Source of the DNA: Candidatus Cloacimonadales bacterium | Lineage (GTDB): Bacteria; Cloacimonadota; Cloacimonadia; Cloacimonadales; DAONDQ01 | Direction of reading: 5' to 3' | DNA length: 64,000 nt | NCBI GenBank assembly: GCA_963662275.1 | Contig: OY759316.1 | Location: forward strand, 2,592,001 to 2,656,000 | In this document: positions 1 to 9,910 of the stretch, piece by piece | Numbering within the stretch: the first letter of the stretch is position 1 | Layout of the letters: each line of letters starts with the position of its first letter | The notes under the pieces: model-generated | The model's database searches: none | Told to the model about the DNA's origin: nothing | Seen by the model: only the letters and a program-made list of their open reading frames with translations | Position numbers and translations under genes: made by a program

Positions 1-282
1 CGATATTCATCTATAAGAATATCCCTGTTCACCTACAAAGTTTCAATCAGATATTGTAAAGTCATGTTTACTCTTAATAAAATTTCAATTGTATTAAGAG
101 GTTCTGTAAATAGAATTTAATCGAATATAAGCAGGAAATACAAGTTAATTTAAGAGAATTTATCAACCTAATGCAAGGAGTTTTAATAATATTACATGAA
201 AGAGATTTGAATCAACTTCCCTCTTGACAACCACAATCCTTTATCCCTAATTCAAACGATAATCGAATGCTGGAGTGTTAAA

Positions 283-933
283 ATGATACCTAGAATCAAG
301 ATATGCTGCATCGCTAGTATCGAAGAAGCAAAAATGGCAATTGCCTATGGAGCTTCAGCAATCGGGCTGGTTGGCAAGATGCCCAGTGGTCCTGGAGTAA
401 TTGATGACGCATTGATCTTTAATATTTCGAAAGCAGTTCCACCTCCAATTGCCACATTACTGCTGACAAGCGAAACAACAACTGCCAAGATCATCGAACA
501 TCACAGAATCACACAAACCAATACTATCCAAATCGTTGACAAACTGACAGAAGGAACATACAGGCATTTAAGAGAAGCACTTCCGGCAATAAAACTTGTC
601 CAGGTAATCCACGTAATCGATGAAAGCTCCATCGATCTGGCAATTGAACTGTCCGAGTCTGTTGATGCTATTTTACTGGATAGTGGTAATCCATTCCTCG
701 AAATCAAGGTTCTTGGTGGAACTGGAAAAGTCCATAACTGGAAGTTAAGCAGGCAAATACGGGACAGTATCAATATACCTGTTTTTCTGGCTGGTGGATT
801 GAACTCTGAAAATGTAAGACAAGCCCTTGAAGAAGTAGAACCTTTCGGTCTTGATCTATGTGGGGGTGTCAGAACTAATGGGATGCTTGATGAAAAGAAA
901 CTGGCAGAGTTCATGAGGATGGCACAAGGTTAG
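283..933 (+). CDS. trpF: Phosphoribosylanthranilate isomerase
   Basis: 216 aa; 'IKICCI', 'ILLDSG', 'GGTGKVHNW', 'FLAGGLNSENV', 'GLDLCGGVR' match PRAI motifs; GGAG RBS upstream. Confidence 0.88.
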   Translation: MIPRIKICCIASIEEAKMAIAYGASAIGLVGKMPSGPGVIDDALIFNISKAVPPPIATLLLTSETTTAKIIEHHRITQTNTIQIVDKLTEGTYRHLREALPAIKLVQVIHVIDESSIDLAIELSESVDAILLDSGNPFLEIKVLGGTGKVHNWKLSRQIRDSINIPVFLAGGLNSENVRQALEEVEPFGLDLCGGVRTNGMLDEKKLAEFMRMAQG

Positions 934-961
934 GTGTTAGGTGTTAGGTGTTAGGTGCTAG
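930..961. repeat. Heptamer tandem tract (TTAGGTG) x4
   Basis: ttaggtg ttaggtg ttaggtg ttaggtg ctag, beginning at the trpF stop codon. Confidence 0.85.
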
Positions 962-969
962 TGAATACA

Positions 970-1018
970 AATCCCATCGGGATTAAAGATACTAACGCTC
1001 GGATTTCAATCCGGTGAT
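970..1018. repeat. REP-like dispersed palindromic element (second copy at 22638-22685)
   Basis: aatcccatcgggatt...taac...ggatttcaatccggtga resembles atccccgtaggga...taac...ggattttaatccggtga. Confidence 0.6.
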
Positions 1019-1098
1019 TTGACTGAAGAGACCTCAACAAGCCCCAGCGGGACGACAGATTTCATAGGATATCTCTTGACTTCGAAAATATATAGTAA

Positions 1099-1246
1099 TG
1101 TAGAGTAGGACGCCGTTCCTGCTAAAACGTAAAACATACTTCAGGAGGTTATTATCTTTCAGCATAGCATCCCAAAAGTATGTGGGACAGATGACATGTG
1201 TCATGCTCTAGAATGATATTCAGCAGGAACAGCGTCCTACTCTACA
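1099..1246. repeat. REPIN-like inverted pair of GTAG-type REPs
   Basis: tgtagagtaggacgccgttcctgct (1099-1123) and agcaggaacagcgtcctactctaca (1222-1246) are 25-bp inverted repeats with 1 mismatch. Confidence 0.85.
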
Positions 1247-1257
1247 AGGAGATATTT

Positions 1258-4200
1258 ATGATTCGTTATATTCCCCCTTTCATTCTTAATAATTATGAGC
1301 AAAATGTTCTGGAAGGTTCCTTGGATGCTTATGTTTTACTGGTGGATATAGCTGATTTCACAAAGATAGGAACAACCCTGCAAAAAGAAGGAAAACAAGG
1401 TGCTGAAGAGCTTAGCCGTTTCCTGGATATTGCTTTTTGTAATCCAATTGAAATAGTGAGTCAACACGGCGGCTTTATCAGCATATTTGCAGGTGATGCC
1501 TTTTGTGCCATCTTCCCGGATTCTAGAGCAGAGAATATCATCTCGGTCGTAAATTCCATCAGTTCTTTCTTCCTGGAACAAAGCACATTTAAAACTCTTT
1601 TGGGTGAATTTGATCTGAAAGCCAGGCAGACTATCTCTTATGGCAATATCGATTGGCAGATATTCGTGAATGAACTTCAAAATGAATATGTATTCTCCGG
1701 TGATACACTGAAGGAAGTTGCTGATCTATCCTCAAACAAAGAAGATGTTGTTTTCTCAGAATCAGCAATGCGTAATATTGGTGAATCATCTTTTGAAAAA
1801 TATGAAAATGGTTATCGAATTACTAATCAATGCATAATAGATGAACATAAACCCCATGAATTTCAATACTCTTCTACAACTAAATCTAATTTTATCAATC
1901 CCAAGTACAAGACTGAGGTCCCACAAAACGAAATCCGCAGTGCAGCTTATTGTTTTGCCAATTTGGAGAGAATCGATTTAACAAAGAGAGAAGAATCCAT
2001 TGCAATGATCCAGAAGTTGGCAGATAAATACGGTGGTTTCGTTAATAAGTATGATGCAACGGATAAAGGAATGATTGCCATTATTCTTTTTGGCTTGCCT
2101 AAAAGCGATGGTAAGACCTTGGAACGTATCTGCAGTTTCTCTTTGGAAACTGTAGAGTCTATCTCCGGTATTGCTTTGGGGATTAGTTGTGGAAGCGTCT
2201 TTGCAGGATATACAGGCAGCGGTGAAGTCAAGGAATACACAGCCTTAGGTTATCCAATGAACCTGGCTGCAAGATTGATGAGTAAAGCAAGAACCGGTGA
2301 AGTGCTTGCCGATACCTTCCTCTGGCAGGAGATGCAGGTACATTACGATTTCGACTATCTTGGCTCATTGAACTTGAAGGGCATTGCCCAACCACTACGC
2401 TATTACCAGCTCAGTCGTCCTTCCAAGGATAAAGCCTGGCACCAGGAAAGTAGGTTTGTTGGTAGAGATGAGGAATTAACTCAGATCAGGAAAACTCTAG
2501 ATCACAATTTAGAGACTAAAGCAAATACGATCATTTACGTTGCCGGTGATGCAGGAATCGGTAAAAGCAGATTAGTGAAAGAAACGTTGGCAGTATATTC
2601 GGCTAATGCATTTCATAAGTTTTTTATTACTTGTGATTCCATCCTTCCCAAACCGCTGGAAGCGAGCAAGCAGATCGTTCGTACCTTTTTCTACTATAAT
2701 CCCCAGATGCCGCAGGAAGCAGGTATTGCTATGTTTAAAGGGTTGTGGCTCTCCCTTGCAATGGGTGATGCTGAAATGCAGCGTATTGAATCGATTATCG
2801 CTTCCCTGCTTGGTTATGAATGGGAAGGTTCGGTCTGGAGCATCCTGCCACCTGAAGATAAACCCAGCCAGTTGAAGAATGCTTTTATCCGGTTTATGGA
2901 ACAACTGACAAGGACTAAACCTGTCCTCATTCACCTCGATGATGGACAATGGATTGATGAAGAGAGCAAGAACTATCTGCAATCCCTCAGCGAAAAAGAG
3001 ATCAGTCCTATCATGATTGTCAATTCCTGCCGTTATCTTGATAATGGAGAGAAAGCTGACTTAGGGCTATCGCAATACAGAGAAGTGGATATTGATTTGA
3101 ATTCACTCTCTGACAATACCAGTTTAGAATTAATTAGCACTTCTTTACGATTGGAACATGTACCTGAAGAAACTTCGAATCTCATCATCACCAGGGCAAT
3201 GGGAAACCCCTTCTTCATTGAACAGCTCACTTCCTATCTAATGGAAAGCGGCTGTATTAATGACAAAGGCATCATTTCAGGTGACGTAGGTTATCTCAGT
3301 TCCTTCAGCATCAGCGATATCATCAGCAGTCGTATTGACAGGCTTACAGAGCAGGTACGGGAATGTATGTTCAATGCAAGTGTTCTTGGTATGCAGTTCA
3401 ATGTGAAAGTACTCACTCAAATGCTGAACCATCAGATAGATAATGAACTGGAGATAGGCACAATAAACCGCATTTGGAAAGATTTGGATGAAATACGCTA
3501 TATCTTCTCGCATATTCTCATCAAAGACGTTGTCTATCAGCGTATGATGAGTGAAAAGCTGCAAATTCTTCACCAGACTGCTGCCGAATCTATGGAACTT
3601 GTTATTGCCGATAAGCTGGATGAAAATGCAGAAGAAATTGCGCATCATTTTGAGAAGGGGAATCAGATGCTGAAGGCGGCAGAGTATTATGATAAGGCTG
3701 GATGCTGGTTCATGGATAAGTTTGATTTTGCACACTCATCCGCAAATCTTATCAAAGCAATTCAAATTAGAGAAACATTTATTGGATTAGAGCATTCTGA
3801 TACTGCGAAATCACTTTTTAGTCTTGCAAGCTTGTATCATTCCCAAGCTAAATATGACCAAGCAGAAATATACTATTTGAAAGTTTTGGCAATTCAAGAA
3901 AATGTGCTTGGTACAGAACATCCTGAGGTGGCAGAAATTTTGAATACGCTAGCAGGTTTGTATGGTGACTTGGGCAAATTTACCGAAGCTGAGCTACTTT
4001 TAATGAGAAGTTTGGAAATTTTCGAACGTTCTCTTAAAGAAAACTACCCCATAAAAACAACTACACTAACTAACTTAGGGTGGTTTTATGAATATCAAAG
4101 TAATTATGATCAAGCTGAACTTTATCACATAAGAGCCTTGGTTCTCCAAGAGAAGATACATGGTAATACTCATCCGGAAACTGCTGAGACTCTATTAAAT

Positions 4201-4794
4201 CTGGCAGCGTTATACACAAAACAAGGAAAATATAACGAAGCCGAACAACTTTTACTTAGAGCTTTGGAAATAAATGAAAATATTCTCGGACTAATGCATC
4301 CAAATACTGCTGAAACTCTAAGTAACCTAGCATATCTGTATCGTTGCCAGGGTAAATATAAAGAATCGGAATTGCAATATTTACGGACATTAGATATAAG
4401 AAAAAATGTGTTTGGAGAAGATCATCCCTATACTGCAAGAACAATATTTATGTTAGCTTCATTATTCATGTCTCAAAGAAAATACAACCAGGCAGAACAG
4501 CTTTACCTTAGAGCAAAGGATATCAGAGAAAAGATGTATGGTACTTACCATCCATCAACAGCAAACAGTTACAAGTATCTTGCTATTTTGTATAAAGCTC
4601 AAGGACTATTCGATAAGTCAGAATCATTATTTTTAAAATCTCTGGAGATTAGAGAGAAAGTAATGGGTGTGGAAAACCCATGGACGAAAACTACATTGGA
4701 AGAGATAATTGATTTATACGAAAAAATGGGACAGCCAGACAAAGCAGCAGAATACAGAGCCAAACTTGATGAAATACAGAAAAAAGAAGACTAA
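1258..4794 (+). CDS. Class III nucleotidyl cyclase (tandem domains) - STAND/AAA NTPase - TPR protein
   Basis: ATG 1258 after AAGGAG; 'LVDIADFT', 'FAGDAF', 'DKG...FGLP', 'EYTALGYPMNLAARL'; Walker A GDAGIGKS, Walker B LIHLDDGQW, 'GNPFF'; C-terminal 42-aa kinesin-light-chain-type TPRs (G..HP.TA.TL.NLA). Confidence 0.88.
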   Translation: MIRYIPPFILNNYEQNVLEGSLDAYVLLVDIADFTKIGTTLQKEGKQGAEELSRFLDIAFCNPIEIVSQHGGFISIFAGDAFCAIFPDSRAENIISVVNSISSFFLEQSTFKTLLGEFDLKARQTISYGNIDWQIFVNELQNEYVFSGDTLKEVADLSSNKEDVVFSESAMRNIGESSFEKYENGYRITNQCIIDEHKPHEFQYSSTTKSNFINPKYKTEVPQNEIRSAAYCFANLERIDLTKREESIAMIQKLADKYGGFVNKYDATDKGMIAIILFGLPKSDGKTLERICSFSLETVESISGIALGISCGSVFAGYTGSGEVKEYTALGYPMNLAARLMSKARTGEVLADTFLWQEMQVHYDFDYLGSLNLKGIAQPLRYYQLSRPSKDKAWHQESRFVGRDEELTQIRKTLDHNLETKANTIIYVAGDAGIGKSRLVKETLAVYSANAFHKFFITCDSILPKPLEASKQIVRTFFYYNPQMPQEAGIAMFKGLWLSLAMGDAEMQRIESIIASLLGYEWEGSVWSILPPEDKPSQLKNAFIRFMEQLTRTKPVLIHLDDGQWIDEESKNYLQSLSEKEISPIMIVNSCRYLDNGEKADLGLSQYREVDIDLNSLSDNTSLELISTSLRLEHVPEETSNLIITRAMGNPFFIEQLTSYLMESGCINDKGIISGDVGYLSSFSISDIISSRIDRLTEQVRECMFNASVLGMQFNVKVLTQMLNHQIDNELEIGTINRIWKDLDEIRYIFSHILIKDVVYQRMMSEKLQILHQTAAESMELVIADKLDENAEEIAHHFEKGNQMLKAAEYYDKAGCWFMDKFDFAHSSANLIKAIQIRETFIGLEHSDTAKSLFSLASLYHSQAKYDQAEIYYLKVLAIQENVLGTEHPEVAEILNTLAGLYGDLGKFTEAELLLMRSLEIFERSLKENYPIKTTTLTNLGWFYEYQSNYDQAELYHIRALVLQEKIHGNTHPETAETLLNLAALYTKQGKYNEAEQLLLRALEINENILGLMHPNTAETLSNLAYLYRCQGKYKESELQYLRTLDIRKNVFGEDHPYTARTIFMLASLFMSQRKYNQAEQLYLRAKDIREKMYGTYHPSTANSYKYLAILYKAQGLFDKSESLFLKSLEIREKVMGVENPWTKTTLEEIIDLYEKMGQPDKAAEYRAKLDEIQKKED

Positions 4795-4804
4795 TCGAAA
4801 AACC

Positions 4805-4828
4805 TCATTTCGACTTCGCTCAATGACC
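4805..4828. repeat. Palindromic dispersed repeat (tcatttcgacttcgctcaatgacc); relatives at 31597-31646 and 51007-51040
   Basis: Imperfect hairpin between convergent genes; the shared 'cat.tcga...(c/g)aatgac' frame recurs at the other sites. Confidence 0.5.
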
Positions 4829-4857
4829 GGAATCATTTGCGCAAGCTTTGGAAAAAT

Positions 4858-6816
4858 TTACTCAGTTGTAGGCTGTTCCTCAGCATTGAGAATCACAGTG
4901 AAAGTGGAGCCCTCACCAAGTTTGGAGGTGACCATTATCTTGCCCTGCAATTGTTTGACATACGTATTGCAGAGACCGATACCAAATCCAGTACCGCTTT
5001 CGGCGTTTGTTCCCTGTTTCAGCTCGGGAGTTCCCAGGAGGAGGTTTTCCATTCCCCTTGCGGAAATTCCAATACCTGTATCAATGATCTCGATTCGTAC
5101 TTTATCATGCTCTTGGCGGATTCGGACAGTCACAGATCCTTTTTCCGGTGTGAACTTTATGGCATTATGGATGAGATTGCGGACGATCGTGTGCAGGCAG
5201 TTTTTTTCAGCCATTGCCAGGACTTCCGGTTCTCCTTCGTATTTAAGATTCATGGACTTTAGCAGAGCAGAACTTTTATACATATTGATGCAATCATTCA
5301 CGATAGGAACGATGTTGAGCTTCTCAATCTGATTCAGGTAGTGCTGCTGTTTATTACTCCAGGAAAGCATATCGCTCAGTAGGTTACCGGTATTGCTAAG
5401 TGAAAGTGTCAACTCCTTCAGTAAATCATCTGTTTCTTCCTCCGGGAAGTCTTTCATTTGAATCATATTGAGAAACTGAACGGAAGCCAATACCGGTCCT
5501 CTGACATCATGGGAGATCACAGAAAACAGTTTATGCATCAGTGCATTTGAATTTTCCAGATCTGCATTCACCATATTCAGTAGGGTCGATTGTTCAGAAA
5601 TCAATGTATTGAGGTTGGTGAGTTCTATATTTCTTTGCCTGTAGATTTCCGATTGTTCTTCGATCTTTTTTCTATAGTAATCAGCTTCCGACTTTGCGAT
5701 CAGTATCTTGGGATTATCTTCAAGGATAAGAGAATACATTTTCGTAGATTTGTGCAGATATTGATAAGCAAGCTCGAATTTATTCTGCTTTGCGTAGAGT
5801 TTGCTCAGAAACTTACTAGAGCCTTGGATCACATGGAGTGAGTTTATCTCAGTTGCCAGTTCATAAGCCTTCAAACCGTATTCCTCAGCGATAGCTGTTT
5901 CATTTGTATCATAAGATAACCACGCCAGCTTCACAAGCATTCCGGAAAGAGCTATTTTATCATCACCTTCCTCAAACAGGATGCGCGCCTTATGGAAGTA
6001 CTCAAGGGCTGGGGAAAATTTTTTTTGTCTATACAAAATGTTCCCCATGTTGGCATAAGTATTGCCTATTTCAAGGTCGTTGGCAAATGACTTCTTCAAC
6101 TCCAATGATTTATTGGCATAATCCAGTGCCAGATCAAACTTGCTCAAATCATCATAGACCATGCTCAGGTTACTGTAAGCGAAAGATAAGTAGCGGTAAT
6201 TCTTAGTATTCTCAAAACTCAGTGCTGCTTTATTGTATAATTCCAGGGACTTGTCGAATTGCTTCAATTTCATATAAGAACTTGCCAGGTTGAAGAAATC
6301 GGTGGCAGTTTCGGTTTCTCTACCTAATTCTTCATCGATCTTTAAACATTGGTACTGGCATTCCAAGGCTTCCCTGTGACGGTCAGTCATAGAATAGGAA
6401 ATGCCAAGATTGTTGTAGATATCTGCCTGGGTCTTGGTGTCAGTGATTTCCGTAAGAAGATTTATCCAGCCTTCAATTGCTTTCAAATAATCTGATCGGA
6501 TGGCGCTGAGAATACAGATGCCATTCACTGCTTTAACTTTAAAGGATTTGTCATCCACATTCTTACACATCTGGAGGGAAGCTTCATATGCTTTCTTAGA
6601 TCGTTCAAAATCACCGATTTTAGCACAGGCATCACCTAACCCAAGATGCAATTTAAGACACGTTTCCAGTTCCATATTACTGACATCTCCAGCTAGAAGA
6701 TCACTGATATCTGTAATCAGGCTAGAGATTTGCTTCTTATCAAGTTTGTTAATACTCGTACAAGAATCAAGTGCAGCTTTGATTTGTGGACTAGTTTCAA
6801 GAATTTTGTTGTTCAT
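4858..6816 (-). CDS. TPR-repeat sensor histidine kinase (no TM segment seen)
   Basis: N-terminal TPRs; H-box 'VISHDVRGP', N-box 'RNLIHNAIKFT', G1 'DTGIGI', G2 'GTGFGIGL', G3 'GEGSTF'; ATG 6816 preferred over TTG 6843. Confidence 0.9.
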   Translation of the reverse strand: MNNKILETSPQIKAALDSCTSINKLDKKQISSLITDISDLLAGDVSNMELETCLKLHLGLGDACAKIGDFERSKKAYEASLQMCKNVDDKSFKVKAVNGICILSAIRSDYLKAIEGWINLLTEITDTKTQADIYNNLGISYSMTDRHREALECQYQCLKIDEELGRETETATDFFNLASSYMKLKQFDKSLELYNKAALSFENTKNYRYLSFAYSNLSMVYDDLSKFDLALDYANKSLELKKSFANDLEIGNTYANMGNILYRQKKFSPALEYFHKARILFEEGDDKIALSGMLVKLAWLSYDTNETAIAEEYGLKAYELATEINSLHVIQGSSKFLSKLYAKQNKFELAYQYLHKSTKMYSLILEDNPKILIAKSEADYYRKKIEEQSEIYRQRNIELTNLNTLISEQSTLLNMVNADLENSNALMHKLFSVISHDVRGPVLASVQFLNMIQMKDFPEEETDDLLKELTLSLSNTGNLLSDMLSWSNKQQHYLNQIEKLNIVPIVNDCINMYKSSALLKSMNLKYEGEPEVLAMAEKNCLHTIVRNLIHNAIKFTPEKGSVTVRIRQEHDKVRIEIIDTGIGISARGMENLLLGTPELKQGTNAESGTGFGIGLCNTYVKQLQGKIMVTSKLGEGSTFTVILNAEEQPTTE

Positions 6817-7399
6817 ATTTTTTACCTTATCAAGAAAATACAAATGACAATATTTAAGTCAAGGGAATTTAATCCAAACAATACAATGCTTCAGCATATT
6901 GAAAGTATACACGACCCAACTGGGGAGCGATAAATACACCAATAAAATGAAAATGCAGTAATCTGTTTTGCGGCATACTGAGAGATAAATAATCTACTCT
7001 CCAATTCTTGCTATCTTTCTCCCTTGTTTATACCTGATCAAATGCAAGTCCAAACAGGAATAAATTGTGGCATATGAGAAGTATCTCTATCAGACAATAT
7101 AACAAAGAAGAAGAATGAGATTAAAAGCTGATTCATAATGTAATTGAGTCCTGAATCTCGATCGTATTTAAAAGACTCTATATTATATTATAGTACTTGT
7201 TAAACTTCAGCAAAGTTTAAGATTCATATGGAAAATCAAGTATTTTATATAACAATAAATACAGTAATAATTTACTTGACTATATTCAAATGTATTTGTA
7301 AAATTGACATGTTTAAGTAAATTATTGAAAAATTCGTAATCAATTGAATTCAAGAATTATACTTATCCAAATTCATAACCCATATCAAGGAGGAAAAAA

Positions 7400-8704
7400 A
7401 TGAAAGTAATCACGATCAGTTTTTGTCTGCTTCTACTAGTTTTTGGCTTATCAGCGTTAACTCAAGCAATTGATTTCAACAGTACAAGTGATTTATCGAC
7501 TTATTTTAATCCTGGACCTGACAATGATTTTACAAACATCAGTAATAATGGTATTGGTGATACCGGATGTGTGCAAGTCTCCTATTTAAATATGGGTGAG
7601 ACAAGAGTATATACTATGAAAACGGGATTGAATATTAACCAGATTGATACTCAATACACAATTAGTGCGTATTTTTATAATTCTTCCAATGGCGGTTATG
7701 CTGGTTTAGGTTTTTCCACTGCAAATTCAAACATTAGTGGACCTGCCTGTAAAATTACCTCTTCTCCTGCTGTTGGAATGCAATTTTACGGTTCTGGGGC
7801 TACCTTTTATAATAATTTGATTGGGCTTTACGGTGGTAGCTATTCTCCAGATATAGCCATGCCATCATGGTTTAGATTGCAGTATATTATCACTCCCAGG
7901 GGTGCTGGCTTATATGATGCAATGTATGTACTTCACCGATTTGATAATGCCGGGAACGTAATTTCATTAGTGTTTTCCCAAAGTACATCATTCACACATC
8001 TGACACTTGCAAATGGAATGGTATATCCATATTTTGCTATAGATGGTCATAGATTCGACTATATTGATAATTTTGGAGTAGCAACTCCTAATGATATCGA
8101 ATTACCTGTTACATTATCATCTTTCACAGCAACTGTTACTTCACAGATGTTAGTAAACCTGCAGTGGATTACGGAATCTGAAACCAATAACCTTGGCTTC
8201 AACATCTATCGTTCCAATAATTCCAACATCGAAAACGCTGTAAAACTGAACAGTGAGATTATTAACGGAACGAATACTACTACACAGCATAATTACAATT
8301 TCACTGATCCTGAAGTTGAAAATGGCTTAACCTATTATTATTGGATCGAAAGTGTTGATTTTAATAATGATTCGCATTTCAGTAATTATGCAACAGCTAC
8401 AGTCACTGGAGCGAATGTTCCTATTATTCCACAGGCAACCGCTTTGAAAAACGCCTCCCCGAATCCTTTCCAATCAAACAGCAATACCAAGATCGGATTT
8501 GATGTAAAGTCCGGTGAAATAGCGACTTTGACAATTTATAATATGCGCGGACAGGTAGTACAAAATTATACACGTTCAGAGGGAAGCCATGAAATTACTT
8601 GGAATGGACGTGATGCCCAGAATAAAGCATGCAGCGCTGGTGTTTATCTCTATAAGTTAAGTTCACCCAGTAGCTATGTTACAAAAAAGCTAATTCTTCA
8701 ATAA
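7400..8704 (+). CDS. Secreted protein with C-terminal FlgD-Ig/T9SS-type sorting domain
   Basis: Signal peptide; 'LPVTLSSFTA...LQWITESETNNLGFNIYR' Ig/FN3-like module; 'PNPF...IYNMRGQVV...WNGRD...AGVYLY'; AGGAGG RBS. Confidence 0.8.
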   Translation: MKVITISFCLLLLVFGLSALTQAIDFNSTSDLSTYFNPGPDNDFTNISNNGIGDTGCVQVSYLNMGETRVYTMKTGLNINQIDTQYTISAYFYNSSNGGYAGLGFSTANSNISGPACKITSSPAVGMQFYGSGATFYNNLIGLYGGSYSPDIAMPSWFRLQYIITPRGAGLYDAMYVLHRFDNAGNVISLVFSQSTSFTHLTLANGMVYPYFAIDGHRFDYIDNFGVATPNDIELPVTLSSFTATVTSQMLVNLQWITESETNNLGFNIYRSNNSNIENAVKLNSEIINGTNTTTQHNYNFTDPEVENGLTYYYWIESVDFNNDSHFSNYATATVTGANVPIIPQATALKNASPNPFQSNSNTKIGFDVKSGEIATLTIYNMRGQVVQNYTRSEGSHEITWNGRDAQNKACSAGVYLYKLSSPSSYVTKKLILQ

Positions 8705-8720
8705 CAAATTTCAATCATAA

Positions 8721-8753
8721 AAAGGGTAGGCGAAAGTCTACCCTTTCTCTTTT
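8721..8753. terminator. Intrinsic terminator, probably bidirectional
   Basis: aaagggtaggc-gaaa-gtctacccttt hairpin with A/T-rich flanks between convergent genes. Confidence 0.75.
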
Positions 8754-8779
8754 ACTGAAACGCTGAAAAGACAAATATT

Positions 8780-9811
8780 TCAGAACTGCAAATCACTTCT
8801 CCCAATGCTTTGCAGGGCTTTGTTGCAAATCTCAGGGAAGTTCTGGGGATTTTTCAATGTTTCAAACACAACATCCTTCCCAAAACAGTCATGGATAATA
8901 CCCCAAAGATCATTGCCGAAAGTATATAATCTGTAGTGTACTAATTTGGGTATATCCCCAAGCTTTTGATCTTTTGTCAGTGAATTTCTCCAATACTCGT
9001 CAATATGTTTCTCTAAATCTTCTAATGATTTAATTTCCTGTTGCCTGATTCTTCTAATAGTCTCTTTAAATTGTATCATCGTGTTATCAAAATCATTGTT
9101 TAGATACTTCCATGTAAAGCTATCCAATCCTATATTCTTAGGTCCGTCGTATATGGCTTTCGATAAGATACCTTCAGCATTATTACAATATTTAACTGCT
9201 AATCCCTCTCCGGATAAATACAAATAAAACATAGATTCGAGTGATAATGTATTGATATCCATTTCTTTAAAGATTACATTCCACCCAACATGATGCACTT
9301 CATGAGCAATTGTAGAATACAAATCCTTTGATGATTTCTCTTTGATCAGTTGAATGAAATCAAAATGCATTCCATTTCCATAAACATAGCCAAAACTAGG
9401 ACCTAATCCGATCGTAGAAATAAATCTCATTTCAGGGAGTTGGATATCGTCAGGTAAGCCTTTTAAAGCATAATTGATTTGCTCTTGAAAGATAGATTTC
9501 TTAAATATCTTGGGTAATTCTTTTTCCTTAGCATCATACAATTCCAAATTAGCCAATAAATATTGATAATATTTATGGTGCCACTTCAATCGTCCATTAC
9601 TAATATGATCCTCATCCAAGTTGGGTAAATCAAGAAAATATGAAATGAATTCTGCTTCAGATATTTTATTTTTGTATCGTGATAACTCAAACTGATAGTC
9701 TTCATGATTTAATAATTGACGAATTTCTTCCTCTTTTAAATCTCCAGTTTTCAGCTTATGACACAATTGAAGCATCTCAAGAATACTTGAATAACTTATA
9801 CTGAACTCCAT
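8780..9811 (-). CDS. Putative Zn-dependent metallopeptidase (HExxH, DUF5700-like)
   Basis: 'TIAHEVHHVG' followed by 'SGEGLAV'; GAGGAGG RBS. Confidence 0.6.
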   Translation of the reverse strand: MEFSISYSSILEMLQLCHKLKTGDLKEEEIRQLLNHEDYQFELSRYKNKISEAEFISYFLDLPNLDEDHISNGRLKWHHKYYQYLLANLELYDAKEKELPKIFKKSIFQEQINYALKGLPDDIQLPEMRFISTIGLGPSFGYVYGNGMHFDFIQLIKEKSSKDLYSTIAHEVHHVGWNVIFKEMDINTLSLESMFYLYLSGEGLAVKYCNNAEGILSKAIYDGPKNIGLDSFTWKYLNNDFDNTMIQFKETIRRIRQQEIKSLEDLEKHIDEYWRNSLTKDQKLGDIPKLVHYRLYTFGNDLWGIIHDCFGKDVVFETLKNPQNFPEICNKALQSIGRSDLQF

Positions 9812-9910
9812 ATCATTATCCTCCTCTGATAGCGATCATGCTAATAACATATCGATAAATAGCTTTCTCGTCAAGGACTTTCTGGGAATCATTTCCATAT
9901 CTGGAAATAT

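Noticed and set aside
1..200. Partial CDS at the left edge
   Set aside because: Short open frames exist on both strands but none has recognisable motifs.
4709..5332. Antisense ORFs over the histidine kinase, and similar shadow ORFs over trpF, the ABC genes, 45-46 kb and 49266-49814
   Set aside because: They overlap well-supported genes on the opposite strand or in another frame and lack motifs.
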